DNA from: Candidatus Berkelbacteria bacterium RIFCSPLOWO2_01_FULL_50_28
Lineage (GTDB): Bacteria > Patescibacteriota > UBA1384 > 2-12-FULL-50-11
Direction: 5' to 3'
Length of the DNA stretch: 64,000 bases
Assembly (NCBI GenBank): GCA_001774395.1
Contig: MEZX01000002.1
Location: 402,108-466,107, forward strand
A model generated the notes under the pieces. That model was not told where the DNA came from and did not search any database. It saw only the letters and a list, made by a program, of their open reading frames with translations. Positions 47,347 to 55,790 of this stretch are shown in pieces (the stretch's first letter is position 1; each line of letters begins with the position of its first letter). The position numbers and the translations under genes are program-made.

Positions 47347-49182
47347 TTAGTCCTTGCGCATCAGCTTGTCACCGTGACGAATGGTGGTGCTGTACGCCAG
47401 GGACTGCAATGCAGCCTCCTCAGCTAGCCTCGCTGCTTCAAGCACTTGCTCGTATGCAACTTGCGGCTGAGTGTGACGGATCCGTAGCTCGTTAAGCTTG
47501 TCCTGCTCGTCAAGCGTGAGACAACCGTTCGTTTCAAACGAGCGGTACAGATCTTGCACATCGGTGAGCCCATTTTGGTACGCGAGTTTCCTGAAGTCGC
47601 TCCAGTCTTGGGATCCGGGAAGCACGATCTCGATGAAGTTTCCCCAGGAGAGGATGGTGTTGCCACCAAACTCGTCTAGAGTTGCTTTCACATAACGCGG
47701 GAGTTCTTCGATGTTATCCAGAGTTAAGCCAGAGCCGATAACCATCGATGTTCGAATAAATATTCCATTGTCGCGAGCCAGCTGGAGCATCCGACGGTCG
47801 TTTGTGACCTGTTTGCCTAGTGCTCGCTTTGTCTCCTTATCCCAGCCGTCGATGCCAACGTAAGCGACCTTCACCCCTGTCTGGGGGAGAAGGGGAGCGG
47901 TGTGCTCGTTGATCGAGCCGGCCGTCAAATAGACGTACCGTCCAACCTCCGGCCCACCGTACTTCTTTTTCGCTTTGATGTAGCTTTCGAGCCACATCCG
48001 TTGAGCCGACCCCATCTCCGGGATCCACTGGTTGCTGACATCAAAGAGCCAGTTCGCTCCGTATTTCTCGACCAGCTCGCGTTCAATCGCGAAGTGATCT
48101 TCGAAGTTCCGGAAGCGCGCTATCCACTCAACCCCCTGCAGACTGCAGAAAGGGCAAGCGGCACCAACGGCATTGGCCCAGGCGCAACCGCGACACGACT
48201 CAGTGATGAGCATGCGCGGGGCAACCATCGGTCCAAAGTCGTAGTGACTCATCTCTGTTAACCGTTCAGGGAGGGCTAGCAAGTTGTCGTAGTGAGGCAA
48301 AGCGTAGTGATCCTCACGGGTCACCGGCTTGTATCCCTCTGCAAACTTCTTGCCGTTGAGAAGCAACTCGCCAAGCACCGCCTCAGCATCGCCCACACCG
48401 ACGTGGTCGATGTAAGGCTGACTCAGGTACGCGCTCGGGCAGACCCGGACCAGCTGACCGCCCACACCCGTTCTCAGCTTGTCGCCGAAGTCCGCTTTCA
48501 ACTGCCGAAGCAGATCAAGCGAACCGCAAGCGTTGTAGCTAAGCAACGTGCAAAAGATGACAGGCTCATCGCCGGCATCGAGCACCTCTTGGATGTGGTT
48601 GCGAAGGTAGTTGAGCAGCCAAGGCCGCTCTTCACCTTCCGCAACGTCGGAGCTAACGAACGTCTCGTCGATTGCCAAGCCGGGATACCCCAGCAAGTCG
48701 ATGGTGACCTGGTTTAAGACAGCGACGCTGCCGTTAACCATCAAGAGCGTATCGAAGCGCTCTTCGTACGCGCGATCAGGGCGCGCGTGCACGTAGATCG
48801 GGCGAAGTGTCGCCATACCAACCAAGAATAACGGCCAAGCTCTTCGCCACATCGGGCCGTTCGGCCTAAATGTGATATTGAGCTGCTCTTTAGCTGGAAC
48901 GCGTTTGAAGCAACCTGGGTGGGTGTTGGGTATAACGTCGCCAGATGCCCGCCACATGGCGAGACCAGGGTCGTTGTTCACGAACTCGTTGGTTGAAGCG
49001 TCGTAATGGATAAACTCCGCCGAGCCGTACATTTTGTACTCAGGGACAACGGTGTTCACCTGAAACAGGCTACACACCACAACAACTGCAAGAAGAATAT
49101 GGAAAATGGTTCTCATGGCGGTAACCTCCGAAATCAAATTGTTTAGGGACAATTCCCTTTTAAGGCGTTGCCATACTATCAT
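47347..49182 (-). CDS. radical SAM-like (B12-binding-domain-like + Fe-S core) protein with N-terminal signal/TM anchor and atypical Cys motif
   Basis: N-terminal MRTIFHILLAVVVVCSLF. Central ITESCRGCAWANAVGAACPFCS (C-x2-C-x9-C-x2-C instead of CxxxCxxC). C-terminal rSAM-like TIM-barrel signatures (YVYLTAGSINE, GIFIRTSMVIGSGLT). Confidence 0.35.
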   Translation of the reverse strand: MIVWQRLKRELSLNNLISEVTAMRTIFHILLAVVVVCSLFQVNTVVPEYKMYGSAEFIHYDASTNEFVNNDPGLAMWRASGDVIPNTHPGCFKRVPAKEQLNITFRPNGPMWRRAWPLFLVGMATLRPIYVHARPDRAYEERFDTLLMVNGSVAVLNQVTIDLLGYPGLAIDETFVSSDVAEGEERPWLLNYLRNHIQEVLDAGDEPVIFCTLLSYNACGSLDLLRQLKADFGDKLRTGVGGQLVRVCPSAYLSQPYIDHVGVGDAEAVLGELLLNGKKFAEGYKPVTREDHYALPHYDNLLALPERLTEMSHYDFGPMVAPRMLITESCRGCAWANAVGAACPFCSLQGVEWIARFRNFEDHFAIERELVEKYGANWLFDVSNQWIPEMGSAQRMWLESYIKAKKKYGGPEVGRYVYLTAGSINEHTAPLLPQTGVKVAYVGIDGWDKETKRALGKQVTNDRRMLQLARDNGIFIRTSMVIGSGLTLDNIEELPRYVKATLDEFGGNTILSWGNFIEIVLPGSQDWSDFRKLAYQNGLTDVQDLYRSFETNGCLTLDEQDKLNELRIRHTQPQVAYEQVLEAARLAEEAALQSLAYSTTIRHGDKLMRKD

Positions 49183-49336
49183 ATCCTTGGTTAAAAGTCA
49201 ACGGTTACGGGCTGAAAAACCAAATACCGAAAACCGGCAACTGCCAAAAATATCAATACCGAAAATTCTCCGATTCGCTCCGCGAACCTTCCGGAAGGGA
49301 GGCGAATATTCTCCATACCTCTGTGAGAAGCGTGCT

Positions 49337-49363
49337 GGGGTATGGGGTGTGGGGAGGTAGGGG
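49337..49363 (+). other. canonical G-quadruplex-forming motif in the divergent cysS / rSAM-like promoter region
   Basis: GGGGTATGGGGTGTGGGGAGGTAGGGG (four G4 runs, loops 3/3/5). Overlaps a GC hairpin, with a 12-bp palindrome CCTTCCGGAAGG 45 nt upstream. Confidence 0.5.
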
Positions 49364-49456
49364 CGGGCTTCAAGACTCCGAGCCCCTCCTCCCCACAATA
49401 ATGTGTCTAAAGCCGTAGGCTTTATCAATCAAACTTTTTCCTGTAAAAATTAAGTA

Positions 49457-50794
49457 ATGTTATCTCTCTACAGCACTCTTGAAGGCAAGAAGGAAGAGTT
49501 CAAGCCCATTACACCCAAAAAAGTGGGTATGTACGTCTGTGGGCCAACGGTTTACGATTACGGTCACTTGGGTCATGCCCGCACTTACCTGGCCTTCGAC
49601 CTCTTGCATCGTTTGCTGCGTTACCAGGGTTACGAGGTAAACTACGTTCAGAATATCACCGATGTTGGACACCTGGTTAACGACAGCGAATCAGGGGTAG
49701 ATAAGATAAAACAGAAGGCCCAGGAAACTGGCGAGAGTCCTGGCGACATTGTGCGACGTTATACCGAGGCCCATTTCAAGGACTTAAGGGATCTAAACAT
49801 CTTACAGCCAACAACCTCTCCAAAAGCCTCCGAAAATATTAAAGAAATCATCGATTTTGTCGAAGTACTTCTGCATAAGAAATTCGCATATGTGACCGAC
49901 CTGGGAAACGTCTACTTCTCGGTGGCCCGCAAATCTGATTACGGTAAACTTTCAAGGAGGGGAGTGGCAGAAATTCTTACCGGTACCAGGGTAGAATCGG
50001 CACAAGACAAGCGATCGTCAACTGATTTTGCGCTTTGGAAAGCGGCACCGCACGGCAATACCGAGATGACTTGGGAGTCGCCCTGGGGGCGTGGTTTCCC
50101 AGGCTGGCATATCGAGTGTTCGGCGATGAGCCAGAAATATTTAGGCGATACCTTTGATATTCACGGTGCGGCAGTTGAACACGTTTTTCCCCATCACGAA
50201 AACGAAATCGCCCAATCCGAGGCGGCCACCGATAAACCGATGGCTAACTACTGGGTTCACTCCGGAATGTTGACCATAAACGGCTCAAAGATGAGTAAAT
50301 CGACCCGTAACACTGTTACCGTCCAAGACGCTTTAAAAACATATTCTTCTAACGAGATAAGGCTGGCAATGTATCTCACTCATTACCGAAAGCCTTTCGA
50401 CTTTACCAAGCAAGCGATGCAACAAGGGGTAGCGCTCCGCGGCAAGCTATTTAGCGCCTATGCCAGTGATCTGCCAGAGAAAACTGCTCCAGAGGTGTTG
50501 GAAGAGGTGATAGCGGCTTTAGAGGACGATCTTGATAGCCCACGAGCTCTGCAGGTTTGGTCGGAAGGTGCACTCAAGTTCAACCGAGCCGATTCCGATC
50601 AGCTCTTTGCAATATTCGGTCTTTCCTATATAAGGATTGAAGAGATACCCAGAGCCAAGCAACTGGCCCAAGAGCGCGAGCAAGCCAGAAGCAGTAAGGA
50701 TTTTCTGACGGCAGACAACCGTAAAGCAGAAATCGCACAGATGGGTTTCGAGGTTCTCGACGCCGAAGGCGGCACAGTTTACCTCCCGCATTAA
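49457..50794 (+). CDS. cysS: cysteinyl-tRNA synthetase
   Basis: HLGH and KMSKS motifs, zinc-binding Cys residues. 445 aa. Confidence 0.9.
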   Translation: MLSLYSTLEGKKEEFKPITPKKVGMYVCGPTVYDYGHLGHARTYLAFDLLHRLLRYQGYEVNYVQNITDVGHLVNDSESGVDKIKQKAQETGESPGDIVRRYTEAHFKDLRDLNILQPTTSPKASENIKEIIDFVEVLLHKKFAYVTDLGNVYFSVARKSDYGKLSRRGVAEILTGTRVESAQDKRSSTDFALWKAAPHGNTEMTWESPWGRGFPGWHIECSAMSQKYLGDTFDIHGAAVEHVFPHHENEIAQSEAATDKPMANYWVHSGMLTINGSKMSKSTRNTVTVQDALKTYSSNEIRLAMYLTHYRKPFDFTKQAMQQGVALRGKLFSAYASDLPEKTAPEVLEEVIAALEDDLDSPRALQVWSEGALKFNRADSDQLFAIFGLSYIRIEEIPRAKQLAQEREQARSSKDFLTADNRKAEIAQMGFEVLDAEGGTVYLPH

Positions 50795-50844
50795 TTCCGT
50801 TTTTGACAACTGATAACTGGAAACTGAAAATTGTTCTCTGTCCC

Positions 50845-50873
50845 TTGACAGAGAAGGTGGCATATGCTAATAT
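50845..50873 (+). promoter_or_regulatory. consensus sigma70 promoter (TTGACA-17-TAATAT) at the left edge of the GC-rich island
   Basis: Exact -35 and near-exact -10 hexamers with a 17-nt spacer. The -35 sits in a 9-bp hairpin (TTCTCTGTC/GACAGAGAA). Confidence 0.55.
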
Positions 50874-50903
50874 CCAGTCGTACGTTAAACGAGTATTAAT
50901 TTT

Positions 50904-51010
50904 GTAAGCGCCGTCTCGGCTGGGATTTGGGAGAGCTGCCATTATGTCTTTCCCTTGTGGATTGACGGCAGTTTCCCTCCTTCCCTTTTCCTGGCTGAGA
51001 CGGCGCTTAC
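50904..51010 (+). other. long imperfect inverted repeat (about 20-bp stem, 66-nt loop) in the about 200-nt leader upstream of the first island gene
   Basis: GTAAGCGCCGTCTCGGCTGG ... CCTGGCTGAGACGGCGCTTAC: 14 Watson-Crick pairs plus G-U pairs. The loop contains its own CTGCC/GGCAG stem and a 25-codon mini-ORF. Confidence 0.6.
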
Positions 51011-51084
51011 AATATGTATGAGACTCGCAAAACGCGTTTCGTTAACATTTGTAAGATGACTACTATTTCGCGCAGAGGTGCAAA

Positions 51085-52245
51085 ATGAGAAAGTATGCAA
51101 TCGGAATTCTGTTGGTCGTCATGCTGGGTGTTGCGCCTTTGGCGCAGGCCCAGCTACTGGAAGGGTTGGTCTGGGCTGCTGCAAGCAGTTTTGTCAACAA
51201 CGCGCTGGCCAGGGGCCAGCAAAAGACGGTTTCGGCCGTCAAGGTCATGTGCGACATCCTCACCGAGGACGTCGACGGGAAGTTCTCGCCGACGCCGTTC
51301 GGTTGGGATCCTACCACTCAGACGTCGATCTTCATGGTCGACGGACTGGCGCTAAGGGTTGCCGCGTTCACAAACGGCCCGCCGCCCCACGGTTTGACCT
51401 ATTACCTCAATGATGCGAAGCTCGCGTTTCGCAAGGTTGAGGGAGACAGAGGTGGCAAGGACGGCAAGGGACTCGGAGTGATCGGAGACTATCCGGTCAT
51501 CAAGCCCAGCCAGATGAGATACGGGATCAACCAAATCAAGGTCTACGCCGGAGGGAAGCAGTGGGGCGACTGCACGTTCTGGCGATTACGGTCCGTTAAG
51601 GACGTTCTTGCTGCTATGGGGGACCCAGAGCTTCGCGAGAAGTTGTATGGTTTCGGCGGGGCAACCTACCCTTCGATGCCAACCTTGGTGACGCAGATGC
51701 CGGATGGTTCGCTTGCGACGTTTCATTCGAAAGAGGAAATGGAAGCGACGTTTGCCAAGCTGAATCAGCAGGGCATGCAGGGTGGAAGGTCAACTCCGCC
51801 GCAAGGCGGCAAGATCGATCCGCCGCAACCGCCCGCCGCAGGGCAGACGGTTGATGTCGCAACAACGGCCTCGCCGTTCACGGTGCAGACGCACCTGTAC
51901 GATCTAGCCGAAACGCGCTTCGGTGACAAAGACGCGATCCGGCTGGACTTGGCCACGAAGGCGAGCCAAGCTGGAGCGTTCACTGGCGAAATCCTGTCAA
52001 TTCCTTCGAAGAAAGGGCAGGCGGTCCTCATCAGGGCCGATAGTGAGTTCACTGCGGAGCTCGTTCGCCCTGACGGAACAATCGCAAGGAAGTACAACGT
52101 CGCGCCATTCGAATTCGGGGGCGTGACGCATTATTCAACTATCGTATTGCTGTCCAACGATGGCAAACCGATGTTGAATCAACTCACTCTGCGCTCGGGT
52201 AACGAGCGCCGCATCATCACGTTCACGAAGGAGGAACTACGATGA
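51085..52245 (+). CDS. secreted hypothetical protein (signal peptide), GC-rich island gene 1
   Basis: MRKYAIGILLVVMLGVAPLAQA|QLL signal peptide. About 59% GC against about 48% for flanking genes. Confidence 0.6.
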   Translation: MRKYAIGILLVVMLGVAPLAQAQLLEGLVWAAASSFVNNALARGQQKTVSAVKVMCDILTEDVDGKFSPTPFGWDPTTQTSIFMVDGLALRVAAFTNGPPPHGLTYYLNDAKLAFRKVEGDRGGKDGKGLGVIGDYPVIKPSQMRYGINQIKVYAGGKQWGDCTFWRLRSVKDVLAAMGDPELREKLYGFGGATYPSMPTLVTQMPDGSLATFHSKEEMEATFAKLNQQGMQGGRSTPPQGGKIDPPQPPAAGQTVDVATTASPFTVQTHLYDLAETRFGDKDAIRLDLATKASQAGAFTGEILSIPSKKGQAVLIRADSEFTAELVRPDGTIARKYNVAPFEFGGVTHYSTIVLLSNDGKPMLNQLTLRSGNERRIITFTKEELR

Positions 52246-52880
52246 AACGACTCTGCATTTCGGCTCTCTTGACACTCGTCGCGGCGCTGGGCTTTGCCCA
52301 GTACACTCAGCTCGGTCGGGATCCAATGGTCCCCGGCGGGGTGACTCCAGAGCAGGCAGTTGCCAAGGGGCATCGTCTGTTCAACCTGCCAGTTGATACT
52401 CACTGCAGAATGGGCAGCGGCAGCGGCAAGTGGGTTAACGCTTTCTTGCCCAAGGGGTTGGCGATGGCGGTTCGGCCAGACGGTCGCGCCTATATCCTGT
52501 TCTGCGGCAACGACTCAGACATTCCGGTGGTTTTCGTGAAGGTCCCTGGACCAACCATCCAGCTGCCCGGAAAGCCGTACCCCGTTCCTGGACCAACCAT
52601 TCAGCTGCCCGGAAAGCCGTTTCCCGTGCCCGGGCCGACGGAGTACGTTGATCGATGGTCACTGGTGCTGGCTCCCCAGCAGCAGTACATCGCGAACCTA
52701 CCCTCGCCAACGGTGATCGCGCCGGTCCTGGGCGGAATCACCGCCGTCATCGGCGGCGGGACGAAGATCAACGTATCGAGCACGAATACGTTGGCCCAGT
52801 ACCAGCAACAGGTCGCCGAAGCGGCGGCCGCAGCGGCCGCCGCAGCAGCGGCAGCAGCAGCTGCAGTCGGCGGCCACTAG
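52242..52880 (+). CDS. secreted repeat protein (signal peptide, tandem 14-aa Pro-rich repeats, C-terminal poly-Ala), island gene 2
   Basis: MKRLCISALLTLVAALGFAQ signal. VPGPTIQLPGKPYP repeated 2.3 times. The protein ends ...EAAAAAAAAAAAAAAAVGGH. Overlaps gene 1 by 4 nt. Confidence 0.5.
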   Translation: MKRLCISALLTLVAALGFAQYTQLGRDPMVPGGVTPEQAVAKGHRLFNLPVDTHCRMGSGSGKWVNAFLPKGLAMAVRPDGRAYILFCGNDSDIPVVFVKVPGPTIQLPGKPYPVPGPTIQLPGKPFPVPGPTEYVDRWSLVLAPQQQYIANLPSPTVIAPVLGGITAVIGGGTKINVSSTNTLAQYQQQVAEAAAAAAAAAAAAAAAVGGH

Positions 52881-53002
52881 CCGCCGAACGTATCCAACTG
52901 AGGAGGTGCGGGCCACAAGCCCCACCTCCTCACATCCCTTCTTGAACTAACAGTCGAATTGGTTTAAGAAGTAGATGTGGAAAATTAATAGAAAGGATAA
53001 AT

Positions 53003-53572
53003 ATGAAAGTATTTATAATCTCTTTGGCGACACTTGCGGCCGTGCTACTTATTAGCCCAGCCGTCCTTGCTTCCAGCTCTTCCAGCTCAAGCTCTTCGTC
53101 CGCTGCTGCTTCGGCAGCTGCTGGCGGATCGGCTGCGGCTTCGGGCTCGGCAGGGTCAAGTGCGTCCAGTGCGGGTGGTTCGGGTTCTAGCTCGTCCAGC
53201 TCTTCTGCGGCTTCGGCTGCGGCTGCTGCTGCGGCTTCGGGCTCAAACGGTAGCACGGGTAATACCGTGATCGTTAAGAAACAAGCTACCTGCAAGGCAG
53301 CTTCGGCTGCCGCGGCTGCTGCCGCTGCCGCTTCTGGAACAGGCGCCGATGTATCAACATCTGCTTCTGGTTCCGCTGCTGCCGCTGCTGCTGCTAGCGC
53401 TGTTGCGGTCTGCCCGGCTCGTACAGTTAAGGTTGCGAAAGTAACTAAAACTGTTACCGAGCTACCAGCAACCGGTGCCGAAACGGCACTATTGCCTGGC
53501 TTCGCGACTGCGTTTGCTTTCGCTCTTCGCAAGTATTCACTTGCTAAGCACGAGGCATCGCTTCTTGCTTAA
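53003..53572 (+). CDS. Ser/Ala-rich low-complexity surface protein with LPATG sortase-type sorting signal, island gene 3
   Basis: Signal peptide MKVFIISLATLAAVLLISPAVLA. Long S/A/G tracts. C-terminal LPATG + hydrophobic AETALLPGFATAFAFAL + basic tail RKYSLAKHEASLLA. Confidence 0.5.
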   Translation: MKVFIISLATLAAVLLISPAVLASSSSSSSSSSAAASAAAGGSAAASGSAGSSASSAGGSGSSSSSSSAASAAAAAAASGSNGSTGNTVIVKKQATCKAASAAAAAAAAASGTGADVSTSASGSAAAAAAASAVAVCPARTVKVAKVTKTVTELPATGAETALLPGFATAFAFALRKYSLAKHEASLLA

Positions 53573-53712
53573 GAAGCAGCTCTCTTGGCCTAACCGTCTT
53601 GAGGCTAAAAAACACCCTATTTGGGTGTTTTTTAGTTGCTCTTTTTACTTTAAGTACACCCGTCTAATGACTTTATTGTCCTATAGCACTAAAGTCATTA
53701 AGGTATTAGGTA

Positions 53713-54084
53713 ATGAAAAAAATTGAGATTGATTTAGAAGCGCTTTTCGATGAGCTACCTTTGGGCCCTAAGTCTGGTGTCTTTTGGAAAGAGCGAAGTG
53801 TTCGTCTTGAACGCCGAGCCAAGGCTCGTCATCGAGCCGAAGAGAGGTCTGTGCCAAGGCCAGAACCACCAGATTTTATTAAGGCAATCATTCTACGACG
53901 AGCCCAGCTTAACATTTCCCAAGCGGGGTTGGCCCAAAAGCTCCACACCCATCAAGCCGTCATCTCTCGCCTCGAAACTGGACAAGGCAAGCACCGTTTG
54001 GAATTTCTGATCCGTGTTTATGCCGCATTAGGGTTGAAGTTAAAACTGAGCCTGGAGCTTCCTAATGACAGTAAAGTTATATAG
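53713..54084 (+). CDS. XRE-family helix-turn-helix transcriptional regulator
   Basis: C-terminal HTH ILRRAQLNISQAGLAQKLHTHQAVISRLETGQ (HipB/HigA-like). Confidence 0.6.
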   Translation: MKKIEIDLEALFDELPLGPKSGVFWKERSVRLERRAKARHRAEERSVPRPEPPDFIKAIILRRAQLNISQAGLAQKLHTHQAVISRLETGQGKHRLEFLIRVYAALGLKLKLSLELPNDSKVI

Positions 54085-54165
54085 CAATAACATCATAAGA
54101 CCAACACTGGTCATTCTGGATTAATTACTGGTGAACAGGAGGGGGTAATGAGGTATGATTAACCG

Positions 54166-55146
54166 ATGGAGTCAACTGAGCGTAAAGAAGAGCTACGGCG
54201 ATTACTAAGAATTGACGCAAAGGAATCTCGCGTTAGCGAAATTGAAGTCCTAATGAAGGACGCGCATTTTTGGGATGATCACCGAGCAGCTGCTAAAGTT
54301 GCGCAGGAGCTAAAACACTTGAACGACTTCTTAGTCGAATTCGAGCTGGCGGAAAACGAAACAGAGCTTGAGAAACTGGAGCTGGAAATATTTTTCACCG
54401 GGCCGCACGATGAGGCATCGGCGTTTTTGGCCGTTCATTCCGGCTCCGGCGGGGTTGAAGCCCAAGATTGGGCGGAGATGCTACTGCGAATGTACGAACG
54501 CTGGGCGGAGGGGGAGGGCTACAAAACTGTACTCCTAGACGAAACTCGAGCCGATGAGGCGGGAATTAAATCTGCCACATTACAGATAGAGGGTTTTCGC
54601 GCCTACGGTCGTCTCAAGGGCGAGAACGGCGTTCACCGTTTGGTGAGGATCTCGCCGTTTGATGGTGACAAATCACGTCACACCTCGTTTGCGTTAGTGG
54701 AAGTGGTGCCGGAATTAGAAAAAAGCGAAGTCACGATTAGCCCCGACGAGATAAAGATCGACGTGTTTCGTTCTGGTGGCGCGGGCGGGCAGTCCGTTAA
54801 CACTACAGACTCGGCCGTGCGTATCACCCACTTGGCCTCAAAAATTGTTGTCACCTGCCAGAACGAGCGATCACAATTGCAAAATAGGCTACAAGCTCTT
54901 AAAATACTTCAAGGTAAGTTGCAGCTGCTCTCCGACGAGAAACATCGTATCGCCAACGAAAACCTAAAAGGCGAGCCGGTGTTGGCAAGTTGGGGCAATC
55001 AGATTCGTTCCTATGTTTTGCAGCCGTACCAGCTCGTGAAAGATTTACGCAGCGGTTTTGAAACCACCGCGGTAGACAAAGTGTTGAATGGCGAGTTGAA
55101 TAATTTTATCGAAGCATATGCGAAATATCTAGCAAGGAGTAAATAA
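54166..55146 (+). CDS. prfB: peptide chain release factor 2 (no programmed frameshift)
   Basis: SPF motif (RISPFDGDKSRHTSFA) and GGQ (SGGAGGQSVNTTDSAVRITH). The N-terminus aligns to both pre- and post-frameshift RF2 segments in a single frame. Confidence 0.85.
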   Translation: MESTERKEELRRLLRIDAKESRVSEIEVLMKDAHFWDDHRAAAKVAQELKHLNDFLVEFELAENETELEKLELEIFFTGPHDEASAFLAVHSGSGGVEAQDWAEMLLRMYERWAEGEGYKTVLLDETRADEAGIKSATLQIEGFRAYGRLKGENGVHRLVRISPFDGDKSRHTSFALVEVVPELEKSEVTISPDEIKIDVFRSGGAGGQSVNTTDSAVRITHLASKIVVTCQNERSQLQNRLQALKILQGKLQLLSDEKHRIANENLKGEPVLASWGNQIRSYVLQPYQLVKDLRSGFETTAVDKVLNGELNNFIEAYAKYLARSK

Positions 55147-55458
55147 ATGGGATTACCACAGTTCGGACAGATGCGTGATATGTATCAAATGGCCAAAAAA
55201 GCCAAGCAGATGCAGAAGGAGCTGAAGAATCTGGAGATCGAGGCTAATTCGCCCGATGGACTTATTCATGTTGTCGTAAGCGGCGAAATGAAAGTCAGCT
55301 CCATTAATATTGCTGAAGAGCTACTGAGCCCCGATAAAAAGCGCGAGCTCGAAATGTCGCTCAAAGAAACAATCGTTCAAGCCATGAGCCGGGCGCAGAG
55401 CGAGTCGGCCGCGCGAATGCAGCCGCTACTGAAGGATATGAATTTCCCGGGAATGTGA
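55147..55458 (+). CDS. ybaB: nucleoid-associated protein YbaB/EbfC
   Basis: MGLPQFGQMRDMYQMAKKAKQMQKELKNLEIEA...GLIHVVVSGEMKV pattern. Confidence 0.75.
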   Translation: MGLPQFGQMRDMYQMAKKAKQMQKELKNLEIEANSPDGLIHVVVSGEMKVSSINIAEELLSPDKKRELEMSLKETIVQAMSRAQSESAARMQPLLKDMNFPGM

Positions 55459-55790
55459 TGAAGGGCCAGAAGGTTAAGCTGGTTGTTTTTGTTCCGCCAA
55501 CACACGTCGAAGCGGTTTTGCGGGCGATGGGGGATGCCGGTGCCGGAAAAATTGGGAATTACGATTACTGCACCTATTCCAGTGTTGGTGTGGGCAGATT
55601 TCTACCGAAAGAGGGTGCCAATCCAACCGTCGGTCAAGTCGGTAAGCTAGAAGAGGTTGAAGAGATAAAAATCGAAACTATCTGCGAGAAAAATCTTATC
55701 ACAAAGGTGATTGAGGCGGTCAAGAAAGTTCACCCATATGAAGAAGCACCCTTCGATGTCTACCTGCTCTTGGAGGTGACGAAGCTATGA
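55455..55790 (+). CDS. conserved hypothetical protein (possible PII-like / Nif3-C-terminal-like fold)
   Basis: KLVVFVPPTHVEAVLRAMGDAGAGKIGNYDYCTYSSVGVGRF. Translationally coupled between ybaB and pth. Confidence 0.3.
   Translation: MMKGQKVKLVVFVPPTHVEAVLRAMGDAGAGKIGNYDYCTYSSVGVGRFLPKEGANPTVGQVGKLEEVEEIKIETICEKNLITKVIEAVKKVHPYEEAPFDVYLLLEVTKL

Noticed and set aside
52930-53532. 200-aa Ala-rich ORF on the minus strand
   Set aside because: It is the antisense shadow of the GC-rich Ser/Ala-coding region. The plus-strand ORF (53003-53572) has a bona fide signal peptide and an LPATG sorting signal, so the plus strand is taken as coding.
54141-54170. Programmed +1 frameshift site in prfB (AGGGGG SD-like element is present upstream)
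   Set aside because: The sequence reads AGG GGG TAA TGA GGT ATG ATT AAC CGA TGG, with no CTT TGA C shifty site. The RF2 ORF encodes the segments homologous to both the pre- and post-frameshift parts of E. coli RF2 in one frame, so this organism lacks the frameshift. The 4-codon MRYD mini-ORF upstream is in frame but terminated.
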